Below the pieces are notes generated by a model that was not told the DNA's origin, searched no databases, and saw nothing but the letters and a program-made list of their open reading frames with translations. From NCBI GenBank assembly GCA_964234715.1, contig OZ174280.1: a stretch of DNA of 64,000 bases; one strand, written 5' to 3'. Positions within the stretch are counted from its first letter, which is position 1; each line of letters opens with the position of its first letter. A program made the position numbers and the translations under genes. Positions 11,369 through 24,601 of this stretch are shown here, in pieces. The DNA comes from Podarcis melisellensis (Eukaryota).

Positions 11369-14215
11369 TTAACATAGCTGCTCTCTCTAGGTCTGGCAGA
11401 AGCAAAGCTCTCAGTACCAGATTATGCAGAGGTGGTGCCTATGTGTTTTACTTTCCAGTAAACATACATATCTCCAGCACTCTGCAATCCTCTGTGGTCG
11501 CCCATGCTTCCTGGTCTCAAATAATCCCATGGGACTATGACCTCTTTCCCCCTGGGCTTTCCCAGAAGCACAGGCACCTAGGTAGGTTGCAGAGTGCAGC
11601 CCACCAGAGAGACACTTTGTGGAGTGAAGGAAAGGGTACTCACAAACACGCCCTCAGCTACCGCAAAAGGAAGGAAAGCACATCAAAAGCCCTGCATCCA
11701 TGAGAATGTCAGTGAAGTCCTCTAACGTTGAACGTTGATAACGTTCAAACACAGTTTATTTTCTCATTATTTTCTCTTCCAGCCATCAGGCAGCTGGTGA
11801 TACTTGTAGGACTTGACTAGTTTGTCTACACTGGAAATTAATTGCAGTGTAACACCTGAAATGGTGTCAGCGTCATCTCTGTTTAGCATTTGAAAGGTCT
11901 GTACATATTTTGGGAGCTCTGTCCTTAACTTGTTATAGCCGTTTGTCAATGGTTTTGTTGTTTGGAATTATTTCTCATTTAAAACAAACAAAAAAACCTC
12001 CCAACAGACTAGAGCAAACTTCCCATGAATGATGAATGTCAGTTTGCGCCTGCCTTTCCCAGGAGGCCTTGTCTGCCACACTAGCTTACACTGAGTTATT
12101 AGACAATCCGTCATAGCTTTGGCTCTTGTGCAGAGTGACATAGGTGGCCAGAGAGTATGTTGCCTGTAACAGTTTAATGGCCCTTCGTGGATAAAAAAAG
12201 TTTGCTGTCAGCTGAGAAGCTGCTGAATGCCAGAATGCAGATACTGAATATCAATATCCACTGAACATCTGCCCAGCATTCACAAACCTGAGAATTTTTG
12301 AAGACTATTTTCTAGCAAAATTCACAGAGGGGACTTTTGAGAAGGACCTGGGATGGGGTCAGAATTGGCTTCAAAGCTGAAGAGAGCCAACCTTGTTGTC
12401 ACAAGGCAGCCGTGGCCCTTGCAGGATGCTAGCTTAATTTTTGTCTAAGGTGTGAAACTTCCAGAGCAGCTGTTTTCTTCTTTCGCTGTGTCCCTGGGGA
12501 GAGACAAGGAGCTCAAGGAAGAATTGACACTGAGCTCCTCAGCTTGCTCCCTCAGCTGGTTCCTCTGAAATATTTAAAAGATCACGAAAATACTAGCAAT
12601 TGGACACTGTTCCAACTGAGGCCTTAATAAGAAATACTTTAAAATTAGCATTCTTCTAACTGCTTGCTAGGATTTGAAGGTGCCTTCATTCTTCTGTAAA
12701 ACCTGCAAAGTGATCAGATGGTCAATAGCACAAGCTCAGCCAAATGTTTTAAGTGTGGACTGGAGTTTAAGTCCTCAGCCCCAGCAATGCAGTAAAATCG
12801 TGAGGAGATAGGCTTTTGGTTTCTTTCAAGGAAATCAAATTTGCATGACATGTAGACAGCAACGAAAAGAAGAACTTCAAAATTTGCATAAGAAGCATAG
12901 CATGGTCAAGGATGAGGCTAAATTGTTGCAATTCTTGGTGTTAAAGGACCATTTCCCAAAGCCAGGGATCCACACACAGATTTGCGGAGTCTGGTCTCTA
13001 GTTTTGCCTGAGAGCACGTTCAACACAAAGGAGCACAAAGCAATCGGTTTACTCTGCTGCATAGAAACTCCAAGAGAAAACTAGACCTTCAGATCTGAGT
13101 CCTCTGAGCCAGAGCCCATCATTTGATTTCTGCACATGGTGTCCAGTCCCAACCCCAAATATTCTCAGCTCTGAAACATGAGCATCAACTGATCGATACT
13201 GTGTAGAAGTAGGGAAATTGCACAGCCACAATGGATCCAGTGGCTCTCTGGCCCTACCCTGAGGGGCATACTCCATTCACAGGACTGAGCCATGGGGGGA
13301 AAGGGGTGAGGCAGAGATGGATGCTTTCCTATGAAAGCAGCAGGTGCAGACAATTAAAACGCCCACACACCAAATTGTCACTTTTGCAGCTTTGGGCCTT
13401 TCCTCCCCCTTTTTGAATGGATGCTGGCCAGACCTCGGCAGTCATGGTGAACACGGTTCACAACAGTTCCCCCAGCAGTGAACATGAAATGCTGACTTCC
13501 TTTGAACGGCATCCTTTTTATTCCTGCCATTTCTTGCAAAGCTGTGAACAACGCTTTCCTGACAGCAGAGCACAGAGGGAGACCCGCACAACCTTAAAAC
13601 TGTTCTCCTATGGGTACATTTTATCCTTTCTGATACTGGGGGAAGATAACTATTGTAAACACTTAAGCTTCTATTGTCTGGAAGCAGACAACTCTCATTG
13701 TCTGATGTGCTGGCTCTGTGCACACACTCTAAATTCCTCTCTTCCTCCGTCTCGTCCTTTGTCTCCGTTTTCTCACCTGGCCATGGGAATTGAAGAAGAG
13801 GAAACTTTGCTGCAATGTTAGGCAGAACAGCTAGAAAAGTCTCTTCGAATATCTACTCCACCACCACTGTTTGCTTCTCTTAATAACTCAGTCCTCAAAC
13901 TGAGCTGTAGATGATGGACTTGATCGAACATGCTCCTCCTATTCCTCAGGACAATCTCTACCTCCTGGGATTCGTACCTGGGCTGTGGACTGCGTGATTT
14001 CTACAATTTTCACAATTCCTTCCAGAATAGGGAGAAATGGCTAAAACTGGCCATCCTGTTTGCTTAACAAAAGGGTGAAAGACTTGTGTTAGTGATCCAT
14101 TATCTGAGCCTAGGCATCCCTGTCTGCTGTCTGCCTTCAGATCTCCTTACCATTGTGTGGATGGATCCCACTGGGGAGCTGAGTGAAGAAGGAAAAAAGG
14201 GTAAAAATGGGTAAA

Positions 14216-14443
14216 GGGATGCGGGCGGCGCTGTGGTCTAAGTAATAATAATAATTTATTATTTGTACACCGCCCATCTGGCTGGGTTTCCCCAGTCACT
14301 CTGGGTGGCTTCCAACAAAGATTAAAAATACATTAAAATGTCACACATTAAAAACTTCCCTGAACAGGGCTGCTTTCAGCCTCTGGGCTTACTGATCAGA
14401 AGGTCAATGGCTTGAATCCCCATGAAGGGGTGAGCTCCCATTG
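14216..14443 (+). mobile_element. Sauria SINE 5' portion interrupted by an antisense L2 3' tail (14243-14377)
   Basis: gggatgcgggcggcgctgtggtcta, then an L2 tail matching the reverse complement of 18400-18540, then agcctctgggcttactgatcagaagg...gagctccca. Confidence 0.85.
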
Positions 14444-14520
14444 TGTGGATGGATCCCACTGGGGAGTTGAGTATCCTGTATTTAGCAACTAAATTTGCAT
14501 GACTTAATTTTTAGGTCAAC

Positions 14521-14635
14521 TGTGTGGCAGCAGTGGGAGGCCCCATTAGTTAAAGTGGTACCTCAGGTTAAGAACAGTTTCAGGTTAAGAACGGAGCTCC
14601 AGAACGAATTAAGTTCCTAACCCGAGGTACCACTG
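14521..14635. mobile_element. Right half of the Tc1/mariner-pogo MITE family
   Basis: Matches 5255-5365; ends gaggtaccactg followed by TA. Confidence 0.85.
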
Positions 14636-15687
14636 TATAACATTGGTACGTAGGGCTGATATGTATAGCAAAAAACTCTTCTGTAGATGCTGGTGTCAAA
14701 CATTCATTCATTTCATTTGAGCACCCAAATATATGTTGAATATTTATGAAAATTCTTTATTAGCATTTGGTGTCAAATGATATTTTCTTTCAGTAATTGG
14801 TATTTGACAGCTTTTGATAGCTCATATAATATGGTATATGACAGGATTTCATACATGACATGTGGTATTTTAATATCTAACTGTATTTGAAACTTAGAAT
14901 CCTGTGGGATGTGGTATCTGATTGCTGGCTTTACATTTGACAGCATCTCAAAGAGATTTTTTAGTACCTCACTGTACTTGAAGGCTGATCATATATTACT
15001 AATTGCTTATTATTCAGACAGTATAATTATTTGGGAAATTTAATAAAGGGTAATTTTGTGCAGCAGACAACAACACAACCTCAGAACATTCAAAGCACTT
15101 CCTTGCACAATGTTGTTGCAACCCAGACTTAAAACATCCTACTAAGCTTGGGCACCATTACCCACATACTGCAATTCATAGACTGAGGCTGCAATTCTCT
15201 GCACCAGTGGTGGGCAACCTCCAGCCTGGATGCCAAATGCAGACCTCTGGGCCTATCTGGCCTTTGGTCACACACACCCCTCTCCCAGGCCACACCCCTC
15301 ACTGGCCATGCTTCACAACTCAGGTGTTTATGTCTGGATGGCATGTATTCTTGAACTCCATTAAAGCAGCGTCAGATGTAGGGTGGTGCAGGGGGTTCTC
15401 CCCCATAGGGTATACTTGCTGAGAAGATTCATTGAAAAACAACTGTAGCAAAAGGAATTATTGTGAAAATAGAAAATATTGGGGGTGGGGAATGATCAAA
15501 TTTTGTCCTCACTCAGGGTGCCATATTACCAAAATCCACCTCTGACTGATGCCATTTTCTTGCCTGGAAGAGGGATCGAGAGGACTATGTGACCATGTGT
15601 AGAAACTAGTACTGTACAAAGGTAACATTTAACATTGCTGCTCTGTACATTTTAGGCCCTGCTCCCCATTGACACATGGTCCTTGGT

Positions 15688-15920
15688 AGATTTGCCATAC
15701 GTCAGGAGAATTCCGGACACGTCCTGGTTTTCAGATGTAAAAATTGCATCAGGGGAAACCTGGATGTAGGACAGCTTGATGGCAATGTGATGTGTGGCAA
15801 AAATTAAAACCACTATTTTGGGGGGAGGTTTCCCCAAAAAAGCTCAGCAATTTTGGTGGGTTTTCAAAAAAAAAACAACCTTAACACAAGAACTTTACTT
15901 TTTGAAATATGGCAACCCTA
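15688..15920. mobile_element. hAT-Blackjack-like MITE, decayed
   Basis: Termini resembling tagggttgccata / tatggcaacccta. Confidence 0.55.
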
Positions 15921-15997
15921 GTCCTTGGAAGGCTGGAAGAAAGTCTGCTTGAATTAAGTGGGACTGACATCTGAGTTGATATGCATAGGATTGCAAT

Positions 15998-16213
15998 ATC
16001 ATAGAATCATAGAGTTGGAAGAGACCACAAGGGCCATCGAGTCCAACCCCCTGCCAGAATTGCATTGGCTTTTTTAGCTGCCGCGTCACACTGTTGGCTC
16101 ATGTCAAGTTTGTGGTCAACCAAGACTCCTAGATCCTTTTCACATGTACTGCTCTCAAGCCAGGTGTCACCCATCTTGTATTTGTGCCTCTCATTTTTTT
16201 TGCCCAAGTGCAA
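15998..16213 (-). mobile_element. Young CR1 LINE fragment with internal deletion
   Basis: [38 protein letters not shown]; near identical to two non-adjacent parts of 60579-61270. Confidence 0.92.
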
Positions 16214-16236
16214 AAATGAGAAAGAAGGGCTTATAT

Positions 16237-16316
16237 AATATGCCGCTGTCCCATACGGGGATCAAACTTGCAAACCTGGCATTATCAGCACCATGCTCTA
16301 ACCAACTGAGCCATCC
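16237..16316 (-). mobile_element. tRNA-Ile-derived SINE head (Squam2-like)
   Basis: - strand GGATGGCTCAGTTGGTTAGAGCATGGTGCTGATAATGCCAGG...GATCCCCGTATGGGACAGC; same family as 28271-28392. Confidence 0.75.
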
Positions 16317-17194
16317 AAAAAGGCAAAAATGCCTTTTGCAGAGTTCATCACAGCAGAGGTGAGATTCAAGCTAGGGACCTCTGATCTGCACTACACCAGC
16401 AGACATGATCACTGGCAATTAATGAGATTTCATATTTGATGCCTGCCAGAATCAACACAACTGAAAGAGGCAAACAAGTCTAAAGAACTAAAATTCTGAC
16501 TTTCATTTTGTGAAAGTTTGAGTTTGTAATGTGCACAGCAAAACTGGACATTGTGCAGAATTCTCCCATTTTTGCAAAATGTTGTGGCAGTTCTAGCAGC
16601 AGGTGCAATGGCTTCCGGACAAGCTGATGCCCATGCTCTCCTGTGAGAGACCATGTCACTGCCAATAATATATACACAGCACTAGCTCCTGTCACTTGCC
16701 ATTCTCATATGCAGTAACCACCTTCCTCCTGCAAAAGACCCACTAACAAGCCAGCTGTCTGTAGGTAACAAAATAAATTATAAACTGATGCAAAGAAACT
16801 CTACGGAGACCAAGCCTTGTTCTGTTTTCATCTGGACCTTCCAAGTTTTAAAAACAGGGTGACTCCGAGGGAACTGAAATCTTGCTCATATTTTATATTT
16901 CTTCAACTGCTGTGTGCACCAATAGAAATGAATGGCAGTGGCAGTTCAGGGGTTTACTGACATGCCACCACTCCCCACTTGACGACACACACAGTCCTCC
17001 CCAATGTGCTCAGTTTGAAGTCCCTTCCCTCATCTCGAGTTCCCACTAGTGAATTGGATTAGTCACATTTTTAATTAACTGTGCCAGCGCGAGCTCTATT
17101 AGGTATTAAATGTTTGTCACAATCCAATTAAAAAATCCATCTCGGCAGGGCAGGTTTTTCCAAGTCGTTGCAGATTGATGTGATGTGTTTACAA

Positions 17195-17263
<69 letters not shown>
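17195..17263. repeat. (CT)n microsatellite
   Basis: Direct reading. Confidence 0.95.
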
Positions 17264-17266
<3 letters not shown>

Positions 17267-18227
17267 CCACCCCACTCCCCCCCCCCGTTAGGAAGGAGAG
17301 GGGCAGACTGAGGGGGAGTTGAAATGGAGATTGGTGTGAGGCCAGAGAGTAGGGAATGATAGGTTTCCTTTTCCTTCACAGGTCACAGAGGGAAAACACT
17401 CATGTTTCTCCTTCACCCATTGCTGATTGTCTACAAAACAGCAGAAGTGGTACCTCTCAGGGCTGGCTGGCTAGGGCTGGCTCCCCACGAGGCAAAGGGA
17501 GGTGACAGCCTCAAGTGGTGGGATCCACAGGGGCAACAAATTTTGATGTGCAGTAGGTAGTAGGTCTTTATCCCCCTCCTTGTTCATGATGTAGAACATC
17601 TCTCACCCCTTCTTTTCCGATGGGAGGCACCATTTCGTGGTTTGCCTCAGGTGCCAATATGTCTTGGGTCAGCTTGTGACTGGTGGTATGGAGCAGGCAA
17701 GTAAGGCAGACAGATGATCTAATTGGCATGGGTGGAGTCCACTGTTGATGAGCAGGCAAAGCAATATATAAAGTATAATAGAGGCCTAAAAGAGAAATCA
17801 CCTGCTCTATGTAGTGTGAGAACTCTTCATGGAATATGTGCCACTGATCATCCGGAGAGTGCTTTGTCTGTGTCTCAGTTTGGGATAAAATGAAATTACT
17901 AAAGTATTTTTAAAGGGGTGGAATCTTCTGGACTGGGGAGATGCTAATGGCCCCACCAAGGGCAGAGATGGTGGTTCCCCTTCTTCAGGCTGATAGGTCA
18001 ACCGTTTGGGGCCACATGCCAAGAAAGACATGGCTAAAGTGTAAAGTGGGCATGGTGAGAACTGCAGTTCTCAAGGCTGCCTTCCCAAAGACTTTCCTGT
18101 TCTACATTATTTGAAATCATTTTTATATCTTCACCATGACATTCATACTACAGTATATATTTAAAAGAGCTTTGGGGGGCTTTGGGTCTGTGAGGCCAAA
18201 AGGGGTTCTGTTTTGGGGATCTTTTTT

Positions 18228-18542
18228 GCCCGGACGCTGAGGTCCAGTGCCGAGGGCCTTCTGGCGGTTCCCTCATTGCGAGAAGCAAAGCTACAGGGAA
18301 CCAGGCAGAGGGCCTTTTCGGTAGTGGCGCGCGCCCTGTGGAACGCCCTCCCATCAGATGTCAAAACGATAAACAACTACTTGACATTCAGAAAACATCT
18401 TAAGGCAGCCCTGTTCAGGGAAGTTTTTAATGTATGATATTTTAGTGTTTCCTGGTTTCTATGGAAGCCGCCCAGAGTGGTTGGGGGGGCCCAGCCAGAT
18501 GGGCGGGGTATAAATAATAAATTATTATTATTATTATTATTA
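18228..18542 (+). mobile_element. L2 LINE 3' end, young
   Basis: RTLRSSAEGLLAVPSLREAKLQGTRQRAFSVVARALWNALP...FRKHLKAALF, 3' UTR and (ATT)n tail. Confidence 0.9.
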
Positions 18543-19754
18543 CAGAATCCCAGAAGGGGACCCACTTTGACCTCACAGCAGTGCATTCGGGTACTAACAG
18601 GAGCAGTGAGTATGTTTTAGATGAAGATCTAGATCTAGGTATATAGATACATATTCTGTGTGCATGTGTAAATAAATAAAGGGGGAAATCTGGAGAGGAA
18701 CCTTCTGGTATTATGGTAGCACAGTGATGGAAACAAGGAAACAGTCAATGCTTTAAAAAGCAACTTTTTAAACTTTTAATGGTAAATGATGATGGGATGG
18801 GTCTTTGGGAAGGCAGACATGGCCAATGGGCCTCAGGCTAGCTACTCCTGTTCTAGGGGCTAGATTGGGCTGCTGTTCCCTACCCTGCTCTAGCTTGTCT
18901 ATCAGATGGATGAATTTTTCATGTTCTGTGGCTCTCATCCTCTTTCATCCCCTTAGACCTGTAATGCTTTGACTGGAAAGAGTGTCCGCTCCGTTCTGCA
19001 CCGAGAAAAAGCAAAGAAGCAGGCGCTCCAAATATCTCTCTCCCGCACCATTATCACTTTCTCACTCGTTCCTCTCCAGTCTGCAACATTTCTGGCTTGG
19101 TTGTCCCTTCATATGGGACTCGTAATGATCATTGCCCTTCTGTCATCCCAGTCTATTTCTGCTCTCACTTTAGCAGTGGAAGGAGGTGGAGAAGATGGAC
19201 CACTTTTGCACACTGTATTGCAGGAGATGGTGTTCCATTGATTTATATAATGTCATTCGACTACTTTCCCTTTCCCTTAGTGCAGCCCAAATTCGTGCTT
19301 TGGGTTGCCAATCATTTTTCAGTCCCAGAGTAGTTACAGATAATATAGAACCCCATCACTGTGGATTACTCCTGGCTTGGCATTTGTCAGCACGAAATTA
19401 CATCTGCATTACACTGCATTACACTGTTTCATACTCTTATCAGGTGTCTTATAGTCAAATCCTATTAGTGACATAGTACTGTGATGTCATCGCACTCACT
19501 CTTCCATCCAGTCTTTTCCACTTCCAAAGTGCTTTCTTATGCACATTCATTGCACTGTTGTATTTTCTTCTGCCTCCACAGCAGCCCCAACCCTTTCATC
19601 CTGAAATGATCTATCTAGTCTCCACTTCAAATGAAAATAAATAATAAATACCTCCTCCAGCCCAGACTCCCCAGTCTCCACTCCCAGCCTCCCCTCCTAT
19701 GGCTCACTCCACTCCAGTCATGCTGTTACTGATACCATGAAATAGTTAAATGAT

Positions 19755-19970
19755 AGTTACAGGTAGGTAGCCATGTTGGTCTGCCGTAGTCGAAACAAAA
19801 TAAAAAAATTCCTTCCAGTAGCACCTTAGAGACCAACTACGTTTGTTATTGGTAGGAGCTTTCGTGTGCATGCAAACTTCTTCAGATACCTTCATGTGCA
19901 TGCACATGAAAGCTCATACCAATAACAAACTTAGTTGGTCTCTAAAATGCTACTGGAAGGATTTTTTTAA
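19755..19970. mobile_element. Penelope-like element pseudo-LTR pair in inverted arrangement
   Basis: About 70-bp inverted arms 19802-19874 / 19897-19967; same sequence flanks the GIY-YIG remnant at 57805-58402. Confidence 0.85.
19852..19889 (-). ncRNA. Minimal type I hammerhead ribozyme motif, degenerate
   Basis: - strand GTAT-CTGAAGA-A-GTTTGC-AT-GCACAC-GAAA-GC-TC-CTAC; one mismatch in stem II and one in stem I. Confidence 0.65.
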
Positions 19971-20008
19971 AAAATAAATTTGATAGACTACATTGTACTG
20001 TAATGTCT

Positions 20009-20210
20009 AGGGTTGCCATACATCCGGATTTTCCCAGACATATCCAGAACACAACAGTTGGCAGCAGTGTCCTGGTGGAATTTGGTCAAATAACCGGGAA
20101 CATCAGGATGCACGGCAGCCCATGTTGGCAGTGCCATTTTTCTATAAAAATAGCACAAAATCAGCATTTTTTAATAAGTGATTTTGCTTCAAAAGCTCAA
20201 CAACTCATTT
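20009..20210. mobile_element. hAT-Blackjack-like MITE fragment
   Basis: Starts tagggttgccatac; related to 15688-15920. Confidence 0.55.
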
Positions 20211-20378
20211 GATCTCATGTGTTGTTAATTTTGAAAAATTCAATATGAGTCCATTTTTAAGGAAAAAGAAAGAAAAGAACATTGTGCCCTTTTATTGGTT
20301 TAATACTGTTTTCATACCTACTGCTCTTTGGATAGAATTTTCCAAACTTCACATTAGGCAGAGTTGCTCTTGAAAGAA

Positions 20379-20381
<3 letters not shown>

Positions 20382-20443
<62 letters not shown>
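20382..20443. repeat. (AG)n microsatellite
   Basis: Direct reading. Confidence 0.95.
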
Positions 20444-20446
<3 letters not shown>

Positions 20447-20867
20447 ATACCTGAAATGATAATTGCTCTGACCATTCTATACTTTTTAGTCTTTCTATGC
20501 TTTTGCTTCTGGTTTAATGCTGAGGCTGCAGGACAGAGAATGCTATCACATCTGCAGGAAGCCATCTCAAGCAGAGCATTATTCCATCTGCTCCACTATT
20601 CCAGGTCTCCCCCAGCGAAACTGCTGCCAGTGGTTTACAGCAGTCCTGGTGTGACATGGAAAGCTTGAGTCAGCTGCGATTTCTTATGCATGGAGCAAAA
20701 GATATTCCAGCCCACTTTCTGGACTCCAAGTGATATTAAGATTGCTGTGCTCTGATACCGTCTACATAACAGCAAACGTCTCTTTGCCACCTGCTGCAAC
20801 CGAAAATGCTAAATTCAGATTTTCTCCCATGGAAGTTTCTTCTTTTCTCAAAAACATATAATAAATG

Positions 20868-21635
20868 ATAATATTTTTTTATTTATACCCCGCCCTTCCT
20901 GGTTCAGAAAACTGGGCTTAGGGCAGCTAACAGCAAATTTAAAACACTTAATTGTAGAAGCAGCATAAAATACAGTGTAAAAACTGTAAAATTCAAAGTT
21001 CAGATATCAATTTGGGGGAAATCCATCTAATAAGCATTAGATAGTCACCAGGGCTAGCTGGCTGAATTAGTCCTACTTGGGCCAGCGAGGAGGCCAGGGG
21101 AGAATTAGCTGTGGGGTCCCAGAGCGGGTGATCTTCATAAAAGGGGAGGGGGAGGGAGAGAAGGGAAATAAAAGATCAGGCTGAATTCAAATTAAAGGCC
21201 AGGCAGAATAGCTCCATCTTACAGGCCCGGCAGAAGGAGGTTAAATCCTGCAGGGCCCAAGTCTCATGGGACAGAGCATTCCACCAGGTTGGAGTCATCA
21301 CTGAAAAGGCCCTGGCCCTGGTGGAGGATAGTCTGACTTCCTTAGGGCCCGGGACCTCTGAACTATGGTTATTTATGGACCTTAGGGTCCTCTGCGGGGC
21401 ATACCAGCAGAAGCGGTCCCGTAAATACGAGGGCCCTAAGCCACAAAGGGCTTTAAAAGTCAAAACCAGCACCTTGAACCTGACCCTATACTCCACTGGG
21501 AGCCAGTGCAACTGGTAAAGCACTGGGTGAATATGCTCCCATGGCAGAGACCCCGTGAGGAGCCTCGCTGCAGCATGCTGCACCCGCTGGAGTTAGTGGG
21601 ACAGTTTCAAGGGCAGCCCCGCGTAGAGCAATCAA
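20868..21635 (-). mobile_element. L2 LINE 3' fragment
   Basis: ORF 21176-21583 QHAAARLLTGSLPWEHIHPVLYQLHWLPVEYRVRFKVLVLTFKAL; same subfamily as 24602-25560. Confidence 0.92.
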
Positions 21636-23973
21636 ATAGTAGTGAGGGATACTTCCTTGCTTCCAGAATTCCACAACTGGGAAAGAAAGAAGAAAGAGCA
21701 TGCAAATTACACTGATTATGCAAATATTTGATAATTTGATTATGTGATCTAACATAATGTGATTAACCCTCTTATCCAGAATCTAAATTAAAGTCAAAGA
21801 GTTCAAGAGAAGCAGAGAAGGGGGGTGCTGGATACTGACCCCCCCCCATGCCTGCCACTGCATCCAGTCAGCCCATGAAACATGACCAGTTCAGTTGTAC
21901 CAAGCATGGAGCTTTGGGGACATAACAGCAGGTGCTGCAACTATGATGGAAGGGGAGAGGCGGAAGGGGCTCTGGATTTTGGTGTCATACAGGGCGCCAC
22001 TGAAATTTGAGACACCGAGTCTGCCACAGTTTGGAAGCATGTTTGGAAAATGTGTGGTGGAAGGAGTAGCTTTGTGACCGAAAGCTGTTGCTACCATCCA
22101 GGGAATGATTTTACCTGGGCTTGCCAAACATAGGACAATGCAGTAACATATAGGAAATTGCTCTAGTGGTTTCAGTGCACCTTTGCAAGTTGACTCTAGG
22201 AGTAGCACCTTTGAAAGAGCTGTGGAGATAAAAGAGGTTGTGTTTTGCTTGCGTGGCCTTCTTATTCTAATCCACAGCCATGATTTTCTACAGTCCTTTT
22301 CTAAAATTCACTCTTGCTTTTGTTTCGTTATATTTTGTATTGAGTCCCCTCAATGCCTTTCATCATTCTGGCTCAAGTTCTCTCTGTGTGTTTCCCTGAG
22401 TAGACATAAATGGATCGGTCTATTTTCAGGCCATGCCCATTTTGCACATACGCACATAAGAGTCTTGCTGGCTCAGGCCAAAGTGCAGCATTCTGTTCTC
22501 ATATCATGCGCAGGACATGAGTGGGAATGCATTTTCTCGCTTGTGATCCCTGACAGCTGTTATTCAGAGGCAAGTTGCTTCAGATACTGGAAGCAATATA
22601 ACCATCATGACTAGTTTCCTCTGACAGCCTGATCCTCCATGAATTTGTCATGAAGATGGAGGTGATGAGATTTAGCAGGAGAAGGGACTAGAGAAAAATA
22701 AAGAGATAAATCAATGATAACACCAATATTTTGAGCTTGAAGGACAAAGAAAAGACACAAGTCCATTCTGTACCATTTCTGTATTAAACTGTTGTTTTAT
22801 TTTTTAAAATGTTGGGATGTGCGTTGGGTTGAGAGCTGACTGGGGGATAATTACATTCTGACCTATAGATTAATACAGGAGGTGCAAATTAAGTCAGTTT
22901 GTTTTTTAAAAAAACCAAACAAAACTCTCCTCCATTAGTGTGCGTTCTTTTTGTGTGTCTGTGTGTTGTGTGTGCCTGTGTGCTATGCAACGACAACGTT
23001 AGTGTATGTTTCAAACTTCAGTAAAGTGTCATCCACTCTATATAGGAAGCAGGAGCTCAGCAAAGTTCATCTTGCCCTCAGTGCAGAAGCAGAGGTAGGC
23101 ATGGCAAGATTAAAAATGCCCAATTTAGGCCCTTAAAACGGTTAAAACTAGTGCTGTGTTGATATTTTTACTCTTTCTTTATTTAACCATCCCTGCAGAG
23201 AGAGCACTTTAAGGAAACTATATGTGCTAAACAAACAAACAAAGTCCGGCAGGGGAATTTTGGTATGTGGTCTATTCTTGCTCTTACTTCTTGATTCTTC
23301 TTCTTATTTTCTCAGCTTCACACCAGTCTCTGGTGCTACTCTGCCTCCCACACTTTCAGAAATAACCATGAGACTGTCAGGTTATCTTTTTTAAAAAAGA
23401 AGAGTGCCTGAGGATTTTTCTTAAAAGGCTCTGATAATCTCTTTTGATGATGATGATGATATGACTCTCTCTGCCCAATGCTCTCTCTGAAGGCAGCTTC
23501 CAGGACAGCCACACATCCTGAGGTGTCTCAAGGTCATTTCAGGGAAAGCAAGAGGCGAGTAGTTCTGGAGACCCCCCCAGAGTTGTAAAAAAAGACAAGG
23601 AGGGAGGAAGTTAAACCAAGAACATGCACACGCCACTCAGGAGCCTCGTAATGTTTCCAGAAGTTAAGAACAAGAGTAGTCAAACCTCTGTCTCTCAGAC
23701 CCACACAGATATTTCACCAAGTTTCCCATGTCCACCTTTGCTTTTGCTTTTTTCCTGCGTCTGATTACTTTTCATCCCCTCTCTCTGAACAAGTGGTCAG
23801 AACAGGATCAGGCCCTCAAGGCTCTTCCTGGGTCATGGCGCTTGAACTACCCTTTCAGTGGCGCTGCTCTGTGCCCTCCTTGTGGGCTTTGACTTGTCAG
23901 GAGAGGGTCCTTGAACTTTGATAATGTCCATTGCTTGCCTCGATTGACAACGGAGGAGTACTTGTGGGGGACG

Positions 23974-24188
23974 GGGCTCATCCACACTCACCTTTACTCC
24001 GCATTTCTAGGTGAAAAACCGCTCTTTAAGGCAACCTGCAGAAAAACTGAATTGCAGTTTGCTCTGATTCAGCAAACATCAAGTTTTCCTGCGGAAAGCA
24101 GCAGGGCAAAAAGTGCTTAGACACAAATCAGGAAAGCGTGAACCTTTGCCTAGAAAGTGTGGGGCAGATGTTAAGTGTGTGTGAGCCC
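23974..24188. mobile_element. Palindromic MITE (PIF/Harbinger-like)
   Basis: TIRs gggctcatccacact / agtgtgtgtgagccc; inner inverted match ccgcatttctagg / cctagaaagtgtgg; no clear TSD. Confidence 0.55.
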
Positions 24189-24339
24189 TGTGTGTGAGAG
24201 ATCATGCACACACATATACAGAAGTGTCCAACTTTTGTTGGGCTGGAATGTCACCTTGCTCTGCCCACCACTGCACATGCGCTTGGAAGGATCAGCAGGA
24301 AAAACCCGCAAGCCTCAGGTCAAAAGCAATTCCCCATCC

Positions 24340-24600
24340 CTGCCATAAGGGAAAAAACAATGCTGTCCAGGGTTGTAAAGACTGTGGAGAGAATAATTGG
24401 ATGCATTCTTCCCACCTTGGATTAAATCTACGCTTCCAGGTGCCATAAGAAAGCTGCAGAGATAGCGCAGGATAGTGCGCACTCTGGAAATGATCTCTTT
24501 CAGCTTCTGCCTTCTGGAAGAAGGTACAGGGTTATAAAGACTAGGACTAGCCACCTGAGAAACAGTTTCTACCCAAATGCAATTTTGGTTTTAAACGCAG
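24340..24600 (+). mobile_element. Rex1/Babar LINE 3' coding fragment
   Basis: LSRVVKTVERIIGCILPTLD*IYASRC...LFQLLPSGRRYRVIKTRTSHLRNSFYPNAI, the characteristic Rex1 C-terminus. Confidence 0.85.
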
Positions 24601-24601
24601 A

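Noticed and set aside
16237-16316. tRNA-Ile-like sequence
   Set aside because: Acceptor stem is broken and it continues into SINE body; it is a SINE head, not a tRNA gene. The same applies to the Sauria and Squam3 heads.
23860-23885. CTCF- or REST-like motif
   Set aside because: Spacing does not fit either consensus.
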